Positions 21,104 through 33,299 of a DNA stretch of 54,381 bases are shown in pieces. Position numbers and translations under genes: made by a program. The stretch lies in sequence record SRR31156797_302; one strand, 5' to 3'. Within the stretch, counting starts at the first letter, position 1, and each line of letters opens with the position of its first letter. The notes under the pieces are model-generated. The model made no database searches. It saw only the letters and a program-made list of their open reading frames with translations, and was not told the DNA's origin.

Positions 21104-22360
21104 CTAGCCTTCTTTCGTATGGAAATACGTTTTGAATCGTTTGTTGTATAGATGGAACATTCTCTTTAACAGAATCCAACGCTTCAGAGATAAGTCTTCT
21201 TTATAAAAGACGGTCGTTCCCCAGCGATTTTCTGCTAATAATTTTTTTGCTCGTTCTTTCGCAGGATTTTCTTTTGCATAAGTCAAGAAGATGTTTTTTG
21301 GTACCCCTAGCCATAATTTCGCTTCTGGCGCGTCAGCTTTGCCATAAACCGTTTCTGTATAAGGTTTTTCGAAGACTAAATCTTCAGTGATAAACTTTGC
21401 CAAATTCAATCCGCTTAAGGTAATAAAGAAACTGCTTCTTCCTTGACGCAAGTTGATTTCAAATAGTTTATATTGCCCGTCTCGCGCATCATATTTCAAG
21501 TCAAAATTGGCAAATCCAACATACTCGATCTCTTTTAAAAACTTACGGATCATTTGATAAATTTGATCATTTTCGTCTGGAATGATCACTACGTAATTCC
21601 CAACAGCTCCAGGGGTTGGGTCTTCTAGTAAAGGATGACCTAAGCCCATCACGCGAACTTCGTGATTCTCATCAACATAGGCATTTAAAACCCGCATGTT
21701 GCTGTCATCACCGGGAATAAAATCTTGGACGATCATTTCATATTGATAACCCGCTTGATAAATGCGAGAAACGATTTCTTCAAATTCTATTCGATTATCA
21801 ATAATAAATGCTTTTTTGCGTCCTTCAAAATCAACTGACAGCCATGCTACACTATTTGCCGGTTTCAATGCCACAGGAAAATCAAAAGGCAGCTCTCCTT
21901 TGAACGTTCCTTCCGTCAACAGTTCAGGCGTTAAAATGAAGGTCTTAGGATAAGGCAAGCCATATTCCTCGCAGACTTCGTAAAAGCTTACTTTGTTGAT
22001 CAACCTTTTTAGTAAAGAATAATCGTTAGCGATAAAGGTATAATAGGGCGCCAATTCTTCTTTATGCTTCGCTAACAGTTCCGCATAACCATCGCCGCAA
22101 GGAATCAACAAATATTTCATTGCAGGATCATTGTAAGTATTTTTTCCTAACTTGATCAACGTCTCAGTGAATCCGGGATCATGGTCAAAACCTTCCACTT
22201 GATTGATTTTTACAATTTTACTAAAGCGGGTTGGTGCAAGTTCGGCGCCTGCATAGGCAACTGATTGAATACCATATGCTTCGTGGAACGCTCTGGCCAT
22301 ACCATAAACATTCATATCACTTCCTAATAATATGGGAAGAAAATTTTCCTGACTCATCAA
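21104..22360 (-). CDS. D-aspartate ligase (ATP-grasp, Asl type) for the peptidoglycan D-Asx cross-bridge
   Basis: PILLGSDMNVYGMARAFHE N-terminus, ATP-grasp motifs QDFIPG and FEINLRQGRSS, paired with racemase. Confidence 0.85.
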   Translation of the reverse strand: MMSQENFLPILLGSDMNVYGMARAFHEAYGIQSVAYAGAELAPTRFSKIVKINQVEGFDHDPGFTETLIKLGKNTYNDPAMKYLLIPCGDGYAELLAKHKEELAPYYTFIANDYSLLKRLINKVSFYEVCEEYGLPYPKTFILTPELLTEGTFKGELPFDFPVALKPANSVAWLSVDFEGRKKAFIIDNRIEFEEIVSRIYQAGYQYEMIVQDFIPGDDSNMRVLNAYVDENHEVRVMGLGHPLLEDPTPGAVGNYVVIIPDENDQIYQMIRKFLKEIEYVGFANFDLKYDARDGQYKLFEINLRQGRSSFFITLSGLNLAKFITEDLVFEKPYTETVYGKADAPEAKLWLGVPKNIFLTYAKENPAKERAKKLLAENRWGTTVFYKEDLSLKRWILLKRMFHLYNKRFKTYFHTKEG

Positions 22361-22665
22361 AAATCACTCTCTCTTTTGAATACGAAAAACGACCGCTCTC
22401 GTTTCGTTTGATTACAATAGCATTATAATACCACAAAGAAAAAAGCAATCAAAGTATCTATCTTTGATTGCTTTCTCCCACTTTGAACGGATAGAACTTA
22501 TAGGCAGTTTATTCAATGCGAATATACGTATACCTATTGCTATTCTATCAAATAAAATTTTGATTTCAAGCCCTTATCATGAAATTTGCAGATATTTCAC
22601 GCTTCCTTAAACTTTAGCGAAACCTATTGACAGACAAGTGAAAAAGTGAGTGCTTTTTCATCTGC

Positions 22666-25482
22666 TTAAAGGACTTTTTTCAAATAATGACCGGTGTAGC
22701 TGTCTGAAACCGCAGCAATTTCTTCTGGTGTACCAGTTGCAATGATCGTGCCACCGCCTTCGCCACCTTCTGGACCTAGGTCAATCACATGGTCCGCTGA
22801 TTTGATGACATCCAAGTTGTGTTCGATCACTAAAACGGTGTTGCCAGCGTCGACAAATCGTTCCAAAACTTTCAACAAACGGGCAATATCATCCGTATGC
22901 AGACCAGTCGTCGGTTCATCTAAGATATAAAAACTCTTGCCATTGGAATTTTTGTGCAGTTCACTGGCAAGCTTCATCCGTTGCGCTTCCCCACCAGACA
23001 AAGTAGTCGCTGGTTGTCCCATAGTGACATAACCTAAACCGACATCGACGATCGTTTGCAATTTTCGATGGATTTTGGGAATATGTTGGAAAAATTCCAC
23101 TGCATCTTCCACGGTCATATCTAAGATTTCCGAAATATTTTTTCCTTTGTAATGAACTTCTAACGTTTCTGAGTTATAACGTTTGCCATGACAAACCTCA
23201 CAAGGTACGTAGACATCAGGTAAGAAGTGCATCTCGATCTTGATGATTCCGTCCCCTTTACATGCTTCACAGCGTCCACCTTTTACATTAAAACTAAAGC
23301 GGCCTTTTTTATAACCACGGACTTTCGCCTCATTGGTTTTAGCAAATAAATCACGAATGTCATCAAAGACACTGGTATACGTTGCCGGATTGCTTCGAGG
23401 TGTCCGACCAATCGGGCTCTGATCGATATCGATCAATTTCTCAATAGCTTCATAACCAGTAATGGTTTTAAAGCGGCCAGGTTTGTTCGAATTCCGATTG
23501 ATTTTTTGCGCCAAGGCTTTTTTCAAAATTTCATTGACTAATGTTGATTTACCAGAGCCAGAGACCCCTGTAACTGCGACGAACTTTCCTAATGGAAAAT
23601 CGACCGAAATGTTTTTCAAGTTATTCTCAGAGGCACCGGTCACACGAATCTTTTCACCATTGCCTTTGCGGCGTTCCGTCGGTGTTGGGATTTCTCGTTT
23701 TCCAGATAAGTATTGACCTGTTAAAGAAGACTCATTGGCAGCGACTTCATCGGGAGTGCCTGCAGCGACGATCTCGCCACCTGCATGTCCTGCACCCGGA
23801 CCGACATCGATCAAGTAGTCTGCTGCCCGCATCGTGTCTTCGTCATGCTCAACGACAATCAGGGTATTCCCGAGATCACGCATTTTCCGCAATGAATCTA
23901 GCAAGCGATCATTGTCTCGTTGGTGAAGACCGATCGATGGCTCATCAAGAATGTAAAGCACCCCAGACAAATTGGAGCCGATTTGTGTTGCCAAGCGAAT
24001 TCGTTGCGCTTCCCCACCAGAGAGTGTGCCTGACGCACGACTCAAGGTCAAATAGTCCAATCCGACATTTTTTAAGAAGCTTAAACGATCATCGACTTCT
24101 TTCACGATCGGACGTGCAATCATTTGCTCTTGTTCCGTTAGTTTCAATTCTTCGACAAAGTTCAAGGCATTGTTGATCGCCATCTCACTCATTTCACCAA
24201 TATGCTTCCCATTGACTTGCACGCACAGCGCTTGAGGGTTCAAGCGATAGCCATGACAGGTTTTACAAGTCAACTCTGTCATATACAAACGCATTTGATC
24301 ACGGGTAAAATCAGAGTTGGTTTCATGATAACGGCGTTTGATATTTGGTAAGATCCCTTCAAAAGCGACCTCAACATCACGCACCCCACCAAAATCATTC
24401 TCATAATGGAAATGGAACATCTCCCCATTCGAACCATTCAAGATAATATCTCTGTGTTCTTCTGGCAATTCTTCAAATGGTGTGTCCATATCGATATTGA
24501 ATTCTTGACAGGCTTGTTCCAGCATTTGCGGATAATATTGTGAACTGATTGGATTCCATGGCAATAGTGCGCCTTCACGCAACGTTTTGCTTTGATCGGG
24601 AATCACTAAGTCGACATCGACTTCTAGCTTCACGCCAAGACCATCACAGTCTGGACAAGCACCAAAAGGCGCGTTGAATGAAAAGAGGCGTGGTTCTAAT
24701 TCTCCAACCGTAAAACCGCAATAAGGACAAGAATAATGTTCACTGAAGAGCATTTCTTTTTGACCGATCACATCGACTACCGCATAGCCGTCCGCTAACC
24801 GTAATGCCGCTTCAAAAGAATCAAACAGGCGTGAACGTATGCCTTCCTTCACAACAATCCGGTCGATGATGATGGCAATATCGTGCTTTTTATTTTTTTC
24901 TAATTCAGGCGCTTCAGAAACATCATAGACTTCACCGTCTACGCGCATCCTTACATAGCCTTCTCTTTGGATACGTTCGAAGACTTTTTTGTGCTGCCCT
25001 TTCTTTTGATAAACGATAGGTGCCAACAATTGGATCTTGGTACGTTCTGGTAATACCAAAACTTCATCCACCATTTGCTCAACCGACTGACTAGTGATCT
25101 CGATGTGATCATTTGGACAAATCGGGTGACCGATTCTAGCGTAAAGAAGCCGCAGATAATCATTGATTTCAGTAACCGTCCCTACTGTTGATCGCGGGTT
25201 CTTGCTGGTGGTTTTTTGATCGATAGAAATCGCTGGACTAAGTCCATCAATGCTATCTACGTCTGGTTTATCCATTTGACCTAAAAACTGACGGGCATAC
25301 GCCGATAGACTTTCTACATATCGGCGTTGTCCTTCGGCATACAACGTATCAAAAGCTAAGGAACTTTTCCCTGAACCCGAAAGACCAGTAACAACAACGA
25401 GTTGGTCTCTGGGAATCGTCACATCGATATTTTTTAAATTATGGGCCCGTGCCCCATGGATCACGATTTTATCATTTGCCAT
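22666..25482 (-). CDS. uvrA: Excinuclease ABC subunit A
   Basis: GARAHNLKN, two ABC cassettes ([14 protein letters not shown]), zinc fingers. Confidence 0.98.
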   Translation of the reverse strand: MANDKIVIHGARAHNLKNIDVTIPRDQLVVVTGLSGSGKSSLAFDTLYAEGQRRYVESLSAYARQFLGQMDKPDVDSIDGLSPAISIDQKTTSKNPRSTVGTVTEINDYLRLLYARIGHPICPNDHIEITSQSVEQMVDEVLVLPERTKIQLLAPIVYQKKGQHKKVFERIQREGYVRMRVDGEVYDVSEAPELEKNKKHDIAIIIDRIVVKEGIRSRLFDSFEAALRLADGYAVVDVIGQKEMLFSEHYSCPYCGFTVGELEPRLFSFNAPFGACPDCDGLGVKLEVDVDLVIPDQSKTLREGALLPWNPISSQYYPQMLEQACQEFNIDMDTPFEELPEEHRDIILNGSNGEMFHFHYENDFGGVRDVEVAFEGILPNIKRRYHETNSDFTRDQMRLYMTELTCKTCHGYRLNPQALCVQVNGKHIGEMSEMAINNALNFVEELKLTEQEQMIARPIVKEVDDRLSFLKNVGLDYLTLSRASGTLSGGEAQRIRLATQIGSNLSGVLYILDEPSIGLHQRDNDRLLDSLRKMRDLGNTLIVVEHDEDTMRAADYLIDVGPGAGHAGGEIVAAGTPDEVAANESSLTGQYLSGKREIPTPTERRKGNGEKIRVTGASENNLKNISVDFPLGKFVAVTGVSGSGKSTLVNEILKKALAQKINRNSNKPGRFKTITGYEAIEKLIDIDQSPIGRTPRSNPATYTSVFDDIRDLFAKTNEAKVRGYKKGRFSFNVKGGRCEACKGDGIIKIEMHFLPDVYVPCEVCHGKRYNSETLEVHYKGKNISEILDMTVEDAVEFFQHIPKIHRKLQTIVDVGLGYVTMGQPATTLSGGEAQRMKLASELHKNSNGKSFYILDEPTTGLHTDDIARLLKVLERFVDAGNTVLVIEHNLDVIKSADHVIDLGPEGGEGGGTIIATGTPEEIAAVSDSYTGHYLKKVL

Positions 25483-25495
25483 AGTGTTTCTCCTT

Positions 25496-27493
25496 CTAAT
25501 CAGCAGCTTTTAGCTCAAGAATAGTATCTCTTAAGGTAGCAGCCGTTTCAAAATCCAATGCTTTCGCAGCATCTTTCATCTCTTTTTCTAGCTTCAGCAA
25601 CAAGGTTGCTTTTTCCTCACGACTCAGTTCTTCATAAGAAGTCGTGGTGTATTCACCGGTCTCTTCTGCCACTTTTGTGATCGCGATCAGATCGCGAATT
25701 TCTTTAATAATGGTTTTCGGTACGATCCCATGTTCTTCGTTGTAGGCTTCTTGGATACTTCGGCGTCGCGCCGTTTCATCGATCGCTCGCTGCATCGAAT
25801 CAGTCATTTTATCAGCGTACATGATTACTTTTCCTTCAGAGTTTCGGGCTGCCCGTCCAATGGTTTGGACTAAGGAGCGTTCGCTGCGCAGGAAGCCTTC
25901 CTTATCGGCATCAAGAATCGCAACCAGAGAAACTTCCGGCACGTCTAACCCTTCTCGCAGTAAGTTGATTCCGACCAGTACATCAAATTCACCGAGGCGC
26001 AGGTCTCGAATGATCTCTGTTCGTTCCAATGTTTTGATGTCACTGTGCAAGTATTTGACTTTGATCCCTAATTCTTTGAAGTAATCCGTCAAATCTTCAG
26101 ACATTTTTTTCGTCAAGGTCGTCACAAAGACCCGTTCATTTCGCTCGACGCGCTCATTGATTTCTCCCACGAGGTCGTCAATTTGACCCATGATCGGTCG
26201 TACTTCGATCACCGGATCTAACAGACCAGTTGGTCGAATGATTTGTTGAACGACGGTATCGGTTTGATCGTATTCATAGGGGCCAGGTGTTGCTGACACA
26301 TAGACGATTTGATTGACATGTTTCTCAAATTCTTCCAAGCGTAACGGACGGTTGTCCAGTGCAGAAGGCAAACGGAAGCCATAATCCACTAACATTTGTT
26401 TTCTAGCACGGTCACCATTATACATCCCACGAACTTGGGGCATCGTTACGTGTGATTCGTCGATTACTAATAGAAAATCATCTGGGAAGAAATCCAATAA
26501 CGTATAAGGCGGTTCGCCTTCTTTTCGTCCATCCATGTGGCGAGAGTAGTTTTCGATTCCTGAGGTATACCCCATTTCTCGCATCATCTCAATATCATAG
26601 TTGGTTCGCTGCTCTAAACGCTGTGCTTCCAGCAGCTTATTTTCTGCTCGCAAAACTTTCAGTCGTTCATCGAGTTCACTTTGGATTGAAGCGATCGCAT
26701 GTTCCATATGGTCTTCATTGGTCACAAAGTGGGTTGCCGGAAAGATCGACACATGTTCGGTGTCACTCATGATCTCGCCCGTCAAGGCATCAACTTCACG
26801 AATCCGATCGATTTCATCGCCAAAAAACTCAATGCGCAACGCTCGCTCATCACGAGAAGCTGGGAAAATCTCCACAACATCGCCGCGCACGCGAAAACGC
26901 CCCCGTTGAAAATCGATGTCGTTTCGTTCAAATTGGATCTCGATCAATTCTTTTAATAGTTGATCCCGAGACTTTTCCATCCCTACTCGTAAAGAAACAA
27001 CTTGTCTTGCATACTCGATCGGCGAACCTAAACCGAAAATACAAGAGACAGAAGCTACAACAATCACATCGTTTCTCTCTAATAAAGAACTTGTCGCCGA
27101 GTGACGGAGCTTATCGATTTCATCGTTGACACTGGAGTCTTTTTCGATGTATGTATCACTGGAAGGAACATACGCTTCTGGTTGATAGTAATCATAGTAA
27201 CTGACAAAATACTCGACTGCATTATTTGGAAAGAAATCCTTAAACTCGCCATATAATTGTCCAGCCAATGTTTTATTATGGGCAATGATCAATGTCGGTT
27301 TATTGACTTCCTTGATTAGATTAGAAATCGTATAAGTCTTACCGGTCCCAGTGGCTCCCAACAAAATCTGTGCTTTTTTTCCACCGACCACCCCGTCAAC
27401 CAATTGATGGATCGCTTCTGGTTGATCCCCAGCTGGTTGATATTTTGATACTAAGTCAAATTCATGGGAAGTTGTTCTTTCGATCATCTTCAT
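25496..27493 (-). CDS. uvrB: Excinuclease ABC subunit B
   Basis: [20 protein letters not shown]-terminal UVR domain. Start may be ATG 27487. Confidence 0.98.
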   Translation of the reverse strand: MKMIERTTSHEFDLVSKYQPAGDQPEAIHQLVDGVVGGKKAQILLGATGTGKTYTISNLIKEVNKPTLIIAHNKTLAGQLYGEFKDFFPNNAVEYFVSYYDYYQPEAYVPSSDTYIEKDSSVNDEIDKLRHSATSSLLERNDVIVVASVSCIFGLGSPIEYARQVVSLRVGMEKSRDQLLKELIEIQFERNDIDFQRGRFRVRGDVVEIFPASRDERALRIEFFGDEIDRIREVDALTGEIMSDTEHVSIFPATHFVTNEDHMEHAIASIQSELDERLKVLRAENKLLEAQRLEQRTNYDIEMMREMGYTSGIENYSRHMDGRKEGEPPYTLLDFFPDDFLLVIDESHVTMPQVRGMYNGDRARKQMLVDYGFRLPSALDNRPLRLEEFEKHVNQIVYVSATPGPYEYDQTDTVVQQIIRPTGLLDPVIEVRPIMGQIDDLVGEINERVERNERVFVTTLTKKMSEDLTDYFKELGIKVKYLHSDIKTLERTEIIRDLRLGEFDVLVGINLLREGLDVPEVSLVAILDADKEGFLRSERSLVQTIGRAARNSEGKVIMYADKMTDSMQRAIDETARRRSIQEAYNEEHGIVPKTIIKEIRDLIAITKVAEETGEYTTTSYEELSREEKATLLLKLEKEMKDAAKALDFETAATLRDTILELKAAD

Positions 27494-27569
27494 TCCCCCT
27501 CGATTATTCTAAACGACAACAAAAAAAGAAAAACTCGCTGCCGCTTTTCCATAAATAAGTATATCATAG

Positions 27570-27583
27570 CGAACATACTTTCG
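27570..27583. promoter_or_regulatory. LexA/SOS (Cheo) box upstream of uvrBA
   Basis: CGAACATACTTTCG versus Firmicute consensus CGAAC-RNRY-GTTCG (1 mismatch). Confidence 0.8.
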
Positions 27584-27628
27584 CCATCATTTGCTATGAA
27601 AGTTTCATGCGATTAAGCATAACTTAAC

Positions 27629-27647
27629 ATGTTTGATTTTCTAACAT
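27629..27647. promoter_or_regulatory. Putative GlnR box upstream of glnPQ
   Basis: aTGTTT-N7-TAACAt versus TGTNA-N7-TNACA. A weaker copy starts at 27651 (ATGTGAGG). Confidence 0.6.
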
Positions 27648-27757
27648 CTAATGTGAGGTTTAAACGATTTTGTCATATTTTTAAAGAGAAAGACTTGTGT
27701 GTTGAAGAAAAAATCCATATAATCTATAAATACGTTATATCTAAAGGGGGAATTTTC

Positions 27758-29911
27758 TTGAAAAGAAAACACATGTCCTTCGCTTTAATCGCGCTGATTA
27801 TCAGCATTTTTACGCTCTCAGTAAAGTCAGCAAGTGCGGAGGAAACTACGTATAAGATAGGAACAGATTTAACATTTGCTCCTTTCGAATTCCAAAATGA
27901 AAATAATGAATACGTTGGGATCGATATAGATTTATTAAATGCGATCGCAGAAGATCAAGGTTTTGCAGTTGATTTACGTCCTTTAGGTTTTGACGCCTCC
28001 ATTCAAGGCGTGCAATCAAATCAGTTAGATGGCATGATCGCTGGGATGAGTATCACAGATGAACGTAAAGAAACCTTTGATTTCTCTGATCCTTATTTCG
28101 ATAGTGGGATTCAAATGGCAGTAGCTGCTGACAATGACAGTATTACTAGCTACGAGGATCTTGAAGGCGAAACGGTCGGTGCAAAGGTTGGTACCGAAAG
28201 TGCCCGCTTTCTAGAAAGCAATAAAGACCAATATGGCTACGACATCAAATTATATGATGACGCTACTGGACTATATGGCGCTGTACGCAATGGTACTGTG
28301 GCAGCCGCTTTTGATGATTATCCAGTGCTTGGCTATGCTATCAACAATGGCGAACCAATGAAGCTTGTCGGCGAACCTGAAAAAGGCGCTTCTTACGGAT
28401 TTGCCGTCAGAAAAGGCCAAAATCAAGAACTCCTTGAAAAATTCAACGCTGGTTTAGCCAATATGAAAGCTTCCGGCAAATACGACGAAATCGTCAATAC
28501 TTACATCACAACGTCTGATACAGATGCAGGCACTAGTGAAATGGTGAAAGTCGAACCAAAGAAAGATGTTTACCGAATTGCCAGTGACTCAGCCTTCGCT
28601 CCATTTGAATTCCAAAATGAAGACAATGAGTACGTAGGGATCGATGTTGATTTAATGAACCGGGCGGCAGAATTGCAAGGGTTCAACATCGAATTCAATT
28701 TCATCGGTTTTTCCGGAGCTTTGCAAGCGTTGGATGGTAACCAAGCAGATGGGATGATCGCTGGGATGACAATCACTGATGAGCGTCGTCAATCCTATGA
28801 CTTTTCTGATTCTTACTTTGAAAGTGGTATTCAGATTGCTGTAAAAGAAGGCAATGATTCCATCAAATCCTATGAAGATTTAGATGGAAAAACCGTCGGT
28901 GCAAAAGTTGGGACAGAAAGTGCAGACTTCTTGATCGCCAACGAAGAGAAATATGGCTATTCGATCAAATATTATGATGCTGCCGATCAATTATATGCGG
29001 CTGTTAACGGCGGACAAATTGATGCCATGATGGATGATTATCCAGTGATTGGTTATGCCATCAGCCAAGGACAAAAACTAGTGACACCGATTGAAAAAGA
29101 ATCTGGTGGTCAGTACGGTTTTGCGGTGAAAAAAGGCCAAAATCCTGAACTGATCCAAATGTTCAATGAAGCATTGAAAGAAATGAAACGGACTGGGGAG
29201 TACGATCAAATCATCAATAAATACATTGAAGAGGGCTCTGCCACAGAAAAACGAGTGGATGAATCAACGATCACTGGTTTGATCAGCAACAACTATAACG
29301 TCTTATTAAAAGGATTATGGAATACCCTATTACTAGCATTGATTTCTTTTGCCTTAGCATTAGTGATCGGAATCATTTTTGGACTATTCAGTGTTGCTCC
29401 AATCAAAGCATTGCGGGTTTTTGCAGGGATCTATGTTGACATCATTCGTGGTATTCCTATGATGGTATTGGCTTTCTTCATCTTCTTCGGCCTCTCCGAT
29501 GCGATTGGTATCACGATTCCGGACTTTGCTGCTGGGGTCATTACATTGACCTTAAATGCCAGTGCCTATATCGCTGAGATCGTCCGTGGTGGGATCAACG
29601 CGGTGCCAAAAGGTCAGATGGAAGCCTCTCGTAGTTTGGGGATGACCTACACTCGGACAATGCAGAAAATCATTTTACCGCAAGCGATCAAAATCATGAT
29701 TCCATCTTTCGTTAACCAATTCGTTATCTCGTTGAAAGATACAACGATCATCTCGGTTATTGGAGTCGTAGAATTATTGCAAACTGGGAAAATCATCGTT
29801 GCACGAACCACACAAAGTACCTATGTCTACTTGATCATCGCGATTATTTACTTAGTCGTGATCACAGCTTTAACGAAACTTGCAAAAGTTTTAGAAAAGA
29901 AGGTGAAATAG
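27758..29911 (+). CDS. glnP: Polar amino-acid ABC transporter: two substrate-binding domains fused to permease (GlnP type)
   Basis: Signal peptide, duplicated FAPFEFQN...GIDxD binding domains, permease motif [16 protein letters not shown] start 27758 after AAGGGGG. Confidence 0.88.
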   Translation: MKRKHMSFALIALIISIFTLSVKSASAEETTYKIGTDLTFAPFEFQNENNEYVGIDIDLLNAIAEDQGFAVDLRPLGFDASIQGVQSNQLDGMIAGMSITDERKETFDFSDPYFDSGIQMAVAADNDSITSYEDLEGETVGAKVGTESARFLESNKDQYGYDIKLYDDATGLYGAVRNGTVAAAFDDYPVLGYAINNGEPMKLVGEPEKGASYGFAVRKGQNQELLEKFNAGLANMKASGKYDEIVNTYITTSDTDAGTSEMVKVEPKKDVYRIASDSAFAPFEFQNEDNEYVGIDVDLMNRAAELQGFNIEFNFIGFSGALQALDGNQADGMIAGMTITDERRQSYDFSDSYFESGIQIAVKEGNDSIKSYEDLDGKTVGAKVGTESADFLIANEEKYGYSIKYYDAADQLYAAVNGGQIDAMMDDYPVIGYAISQGQKLVTPIEKESGGQYGFAVKKGQNPELIQMFNEALKEMKRTGEYDQIINKYIEEGSATEKRVDESTITGLISNNYNVLLKGLWNTLLLALISFALALVIGIIFGLFSVAPIKALRVFAGIYVDIIRGIPMMVLAFFIFFGLSDAIGITIPDFAAGVITLTLNASAYIAEIVRGGINAVPKGQMEASRSLGMTYTRTMQKIILPQAIKIMIPSFVNQFVISLKDTTIISVIGVVELLQTGKIIVARTTQSTYVYLIIAIIYLVVITALTKLAKVLEKKVK

Positions 29912-29912
29912 C

Positions 29913-30650
29913 ATGAAAGAAAAAATCTTAGTTGAAAATCTTGTAAAAAAATACGGCGACAATACCGTATTGAACAATATCAATGTTTCAATCGCTGAAG
30001 GAGAAGTCGTTTGTGTGATCGGCCCTTCAGGATCTGGGAAATCGACGTTCTTACGCTGTTTGAACCGCTTAGAAGAACCAACCAGCGGCGATATTATCGT
30101 TGACGGCGCACATCTGATGGATAAAAACACCAATATCAATGCTGTTCGTCAACATATCGGCATGGTGTTTCAGCATTTCAATCTCTTCCCTCACTTGTCG
30201 GTTTTAGAAAATATTATTTTAGCTCCAATGGATCTAAAAAATGCTTCTCGGCAAGAAGCGGAACAAAACGCGATTCGTTTATTAGAGACGGTGGGTTTGG
30301 CAGATAAAAAAGACATGTACCCGGACAATCTGTCTGGAGGACAAAAACAACGGGTGGCAATCGCTAGAGCCTTAGCAATGAATCCCGATGTGATGTTGTT
30401 CGATGAACCAACCTCCGCCCTCGATCCAGAAATGGTTGGAGATGTACTCAATGTTATGAAGGATTTGGCAAAACAAGGAATGACCATGGTAATCGTTACT
30501 CATGAGATGGGCTTTGCCAAAGAAGTAGCAAACCGTGTGATGTTTATTGATGGCGGTAATTTCTTGGAAGACGGTACACCTGAGCAAATCTTTTCCAACC
30601 CTAAGCACGATCGTACGAAAGATTTCTTAGACAAAGTATTGAATATCTAA
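29913..30650 (+). CDS. glnQ: Polar amino-acid ABC transporter ATPase
   Basis: [27 protein letters not shown]. Confidence 0.92.
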   Translation: MKEKILVENLVKKYGDNTVLNNINVSIAEGEVVCVIGPSGSGKSTFLRCLNRLEEPTSGDIIVDGAHLMDKNTNINAVRQHIGMVFQHFNLFPHLSVLENIILAPMDLKNASRQEAEQNAIRLLETVGLADKKDMYPDNLSGGQKQRVAIARALAMNPDVMLFDEPTSALDPEMVGDVLNVMKDLAKQGMTMVIVTHEMGFAKEVANRVMFIDGGNFLEDGTPEQIFSNPKHDRTKDFLDKVLNI

Positions 30651-30702
30651 AAAAATCCTCTGCAACAGCTCTTTTCTCGGACTGTTGCAGAGGTCTTTTT
30701 TT
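30650..30702. terminator. Bidirectional terminator after glnQ
   Basis: CCTCTGCAACAG...CTGTTGCAGAGG flanked by A and T tracts. Confidence 0.8.
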
Positions 30703-30948
30703 TTATTGATTTTTTCGTTTGGTTTCTTCTGAAATCCGCTTTTGATTTTCACCTAAAAATACTTTTGTATCGATAGGGTTGGCTTTGTTCGCCCCTCCGA
30801 CGCCAGTATCAACCATCTTTCCCCAACCCTTCAATGGCTCTTTCCCTGCTGCACGAAGTTGCGCATTTTTTAAACGTAACGCTTGTTTTTTTGCTTCTTT
30901 TTTCGCTTGATGTTTTGCTTGCCACTGCTTTAAGATGCTCATCTTCAT
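30703..30948 (-). CDS. Small basic hypothetical protein (about 80 aa)
   Basis: Strong AGGAGAGGAGG RBS, upstream TTACGA-17-TATAAT promoter (31077-31105), stops at a terminator. Confidence 0.7.
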   Translation of the reverse strand: MKMSILKQWQAKHQAKKEAKKQALRLKNAQLRAAGKEPLKGWGKMVDTGVGGANKANPIDTKVFLGENQKRISEETKRKNQ

Positions 30949-31333
30949 TCCCTCCTCTCCTTGTTATGAATCCTTACATAAATTCTTAGCAAACGGTATG
31001 CTGATTCCTGTTGACCTGGTAAGAGTAAACAGGGTTCACCTTTAAAATAGCAAATTTTTATTGAGTAGTTAAATCTATTATAACATTTCCTTTTCACCAT
31101 CGTAAGCTGCAGATACTAATTTTACTAAAACCATGAAAGGACATTTGAAATCAAGTAGCCAGATCAGAAGCAACATGTTACACTTATTAAACAACACTCC
31201 CTCCAAACCAAAATAGGTATACAAACATTTTTCTTTTTTTATTTTATAGCAAATGACGGGGTTTTCCTAATAAAAAACCAACATTAAAATAACAAAGTAA
31301 GGCTAATAAAATCATTTTGGAGGAACCTATCTT

Positions 31334-31876
31334 ATGAAAACCATCATTTTATTTTTCCCACTAATGATACTCTCCCTCTTTCTCACTGGCTGTACCTTGA
31401 TTGACGAAATCATGGATGACAACACCAAAAGCAGTTTTTCACCAGAAGCAACGTCGTCTTCTCAATCTTTGTCAGCTGATTCAGAAACCAGAGCTTCTTC
31501 TTCCAGAACTGAGAACCATGCATCAGAACCCGCATCAGAAACAACTCATTCTCCTGATGACGTTGCACAAGCTCAGAGCAGTACCGAAACAGCTGCCCCT
31601 CAATTTTCGTATTGTGAACAATTGCAGATCGGGCTGCCGCGACGGTGGAATCGAACAGTCAACAAAGACTTGCTCCATCAACTGCAAATAGGAATGTCTT
31701 GCGATCAAGTTCTTGAAACCATGGGTGGCCTTCCTTCTTGGCGACTAGCAGTCGTAGGTGTGGAATCCAATGCCTGGATCAATTCCGATGGTGAAGCAAT
31801 CATTGTCACTCTTATTAACCGAACCGTTTCTGATGTGGCCTGGCATGATCAGTTTTCTGAATCAGAAATTGAGTAA
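31334..31876 (+). CDS. Putative lipoprotein of unknown function
   Basis: GGAGG RBS, lipobox LTGC, S/T/E-rich linker, C-terminal domain LQIGMSCDQVLETMG. Confidence 0.75.
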   Translation: MKTIILFFPLMILSLFLTGCTLIDEIMDDNTKSSFSPEATSSSQSLSADSETRASSSRTENHASEPASETTHSPDDVAQAQSSTETAAPQFSYCEQLQIGLPRRWNRTVNKDLLHQLQIGMSCDQVLETMGGLPSWRLAVVGVESNAWINSDGEAIIVTLINRTVSDVAWHDQFSESEIE

Positions 31877-31969
31877 TCCATTAAGCGATCTCACGTGACT
31901 GATATTGGTAAAACGCAGGATGAAATTCAATCACCACTTTTATCAGAAGTCATCTAAAAAACTTGGGAG

Positions 31970-32737
31970 TTGAAGGATCAAATGAAACTGAGTCGACTTA
32001 GAAAAAAAATCCGGGAGCATAGCAGAAGAAGCCTTTTGCTTTCTTTGGGTATCAGTTGTTTTTTGCTTGGCGCTGCCCTCTTCTACAGCGAAAACCAGCC
32101 GGCAGCTGCCTACGAGCAGTTTTTAGAGATCGATTACTTAACTGCTTTACTGGAAGAAAGACCTTCCCCTGAGTCCATCAGCGATCTTGGCCTCGATCTC
32201 ATCAAACGTAGTGATCGGGTAAACCAAGAGCGCAGTGCCATCAACCGAAAGCGGCGCCGCGAAAATGTGATCGTCACAGAAGAGACTAGAAAAGTTTTTT
32301 CTCCCGATCAAGGAGCAATGGTTGATGAAGTAAGAAAAGTAACCACTCGCTTACCTGATTCAGCCATTGATTTGTTATCAATGATGGTTGATAGCAGCGC
32401 TCTCGAGACAAAAAGAGTGCCTTTAGGTTCACGGGACAAACTGTCCAAAATCAGCTTTGATTTTGACTTTGATGATTCTGGTAATGAAAGATTAGCGAAA
32501 ATCACATTGGTTGATGTCCCAGAATTTTTCGGTATTGATTTCTCACAATTCGAGAAAGAGGCTGATGTTGAGGAGATCAAAGAGACATTGATCGTACAGT
32601 ATGGTTTAGATGCTCACATCAGGGACGTTAGCGCCATTCGGAGACTTTTCTTTGTTCATGAAGGATTTGAGTTTTACATTAGTCATACCTACAATCCGAA
32701 TGGAGTCGGCATCACCGTCCAAGCGGTAGAACCATAA
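31970..32737 (+). CDS. Hypothetical protein with single N-terminal membrane anchor
   Basis: Basic N-terminus then hydrophobic LLLSLGISCFLLGAALF. True start may be ATG 31982. Confidence 0.65.
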   Translation: MKDQMKLSRLRKKIREHSRRSLLLSLGISCFLLGAALFYSENQPAAAYEQFLEIDYLTALLEERPSPESISDLGLDLIKRSDRVNQERSAINRKRRRENVIVTEETRKVFSPDQGAMVDEVRKVTTRLPDSAIDLLSMMVDSSALETKRVPLGSRDKLSKISFDFDFDDSGNERLAKITLVDVPEFFGIDFSQFEKEADVEEIKETLIVQYGLDAHIRDVSAIRRLFFVHEGFEFYISHTYNPNGVGITVQAVEP

Positions 32738-32776
32738 ACGAAAAATAGTTAATCCCCCTCTCTTTGCGGGATTAAC

Positions 32777-32817
32777 AAAAAAAGCGTCCGCGAATACAAA
32801 CGCAGGCACCTTTTTTC
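32777..32817 (-). terminator. luxS operon terminator
   Basis: Minus strand GGTGCCTGCG-tttgtatt-CGCGGACGCT-TTTTTT. A second hairpin GTTAATCCC..GGGATTAAC lies at 32748-32776. Confidence 0.65.
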
Positions 32818-32831
32818 TACTTCTATTTTGT

Positions 32832-33287
32832 TTAGGCAAAAACGGTCGACCAATTGTCACGTTCATCAAGAAATTCTTGCGCTAATTTTTGCGCACCTTC
32901 TAAGGTATGGTTCGCCGCCCAACCGCATTGTACTTCATTGCTGGCAGGTACTTCAGTTGCTTGCAAAACATCCTTCATGGTTTTTTCTAGGACTGTCAAA
33001 ATCTCTTCATAATCGTCATGATTCAAGACAGTCAGATAGAAGCCGGTTTGGCATCCCATGGGTGACCAATCCACGATATAATCTGCATGATTACGAATCA
33101 ACTCTGCCGTCAAATGTTCTAAAGAATGCAGACTTGCCATATCCATATGTGCTTGGTTCGGCTGCTTCAAACGAACATCATATTTGATGATGGTATCATT
33201 TGTTCCTTGTTTTTTATCGGCAACCCGTACATAAGGTGCTTTGACTTTCGTATGATCCAAATTAAAGCTTTCAACATTCATTTTCAT
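32832..33287 (-). CDS. luxS: S-ribosylhomocysteine lyase LuxS
   Basis: [35 protein letters not shown] motifs. Confidence 0.96.
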   Translation of the reverse strand: MKMNVESFNLDHTKVKAPYVRVADKKQGTNDTIIKYDVRLKQPNQAHMDMASLHSLEHLTAELIRNHADYIVDWSPMGCQTGFYLTVLNHDDYEEILTVLEKTMKDVLQATEVPASNEVQCGWAANHTLEGAQKLAQEFLDERDNWSTVFA

Positions 33288-33299
33288 TGTACTTCTCTC

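Noticed and set aside
23592-24176. 194-aa antisense ORF in uvrA and other antisense ORFs inside core genes
   Set aside because: Shadow ORFs of conserved genes with no motifs or RBS.
27840-29230. Long internal DNA repeat in the ABC transporter gene
   Set aside because: Explained by the known tandem substrate-binding domains of GlnP-type proteins.
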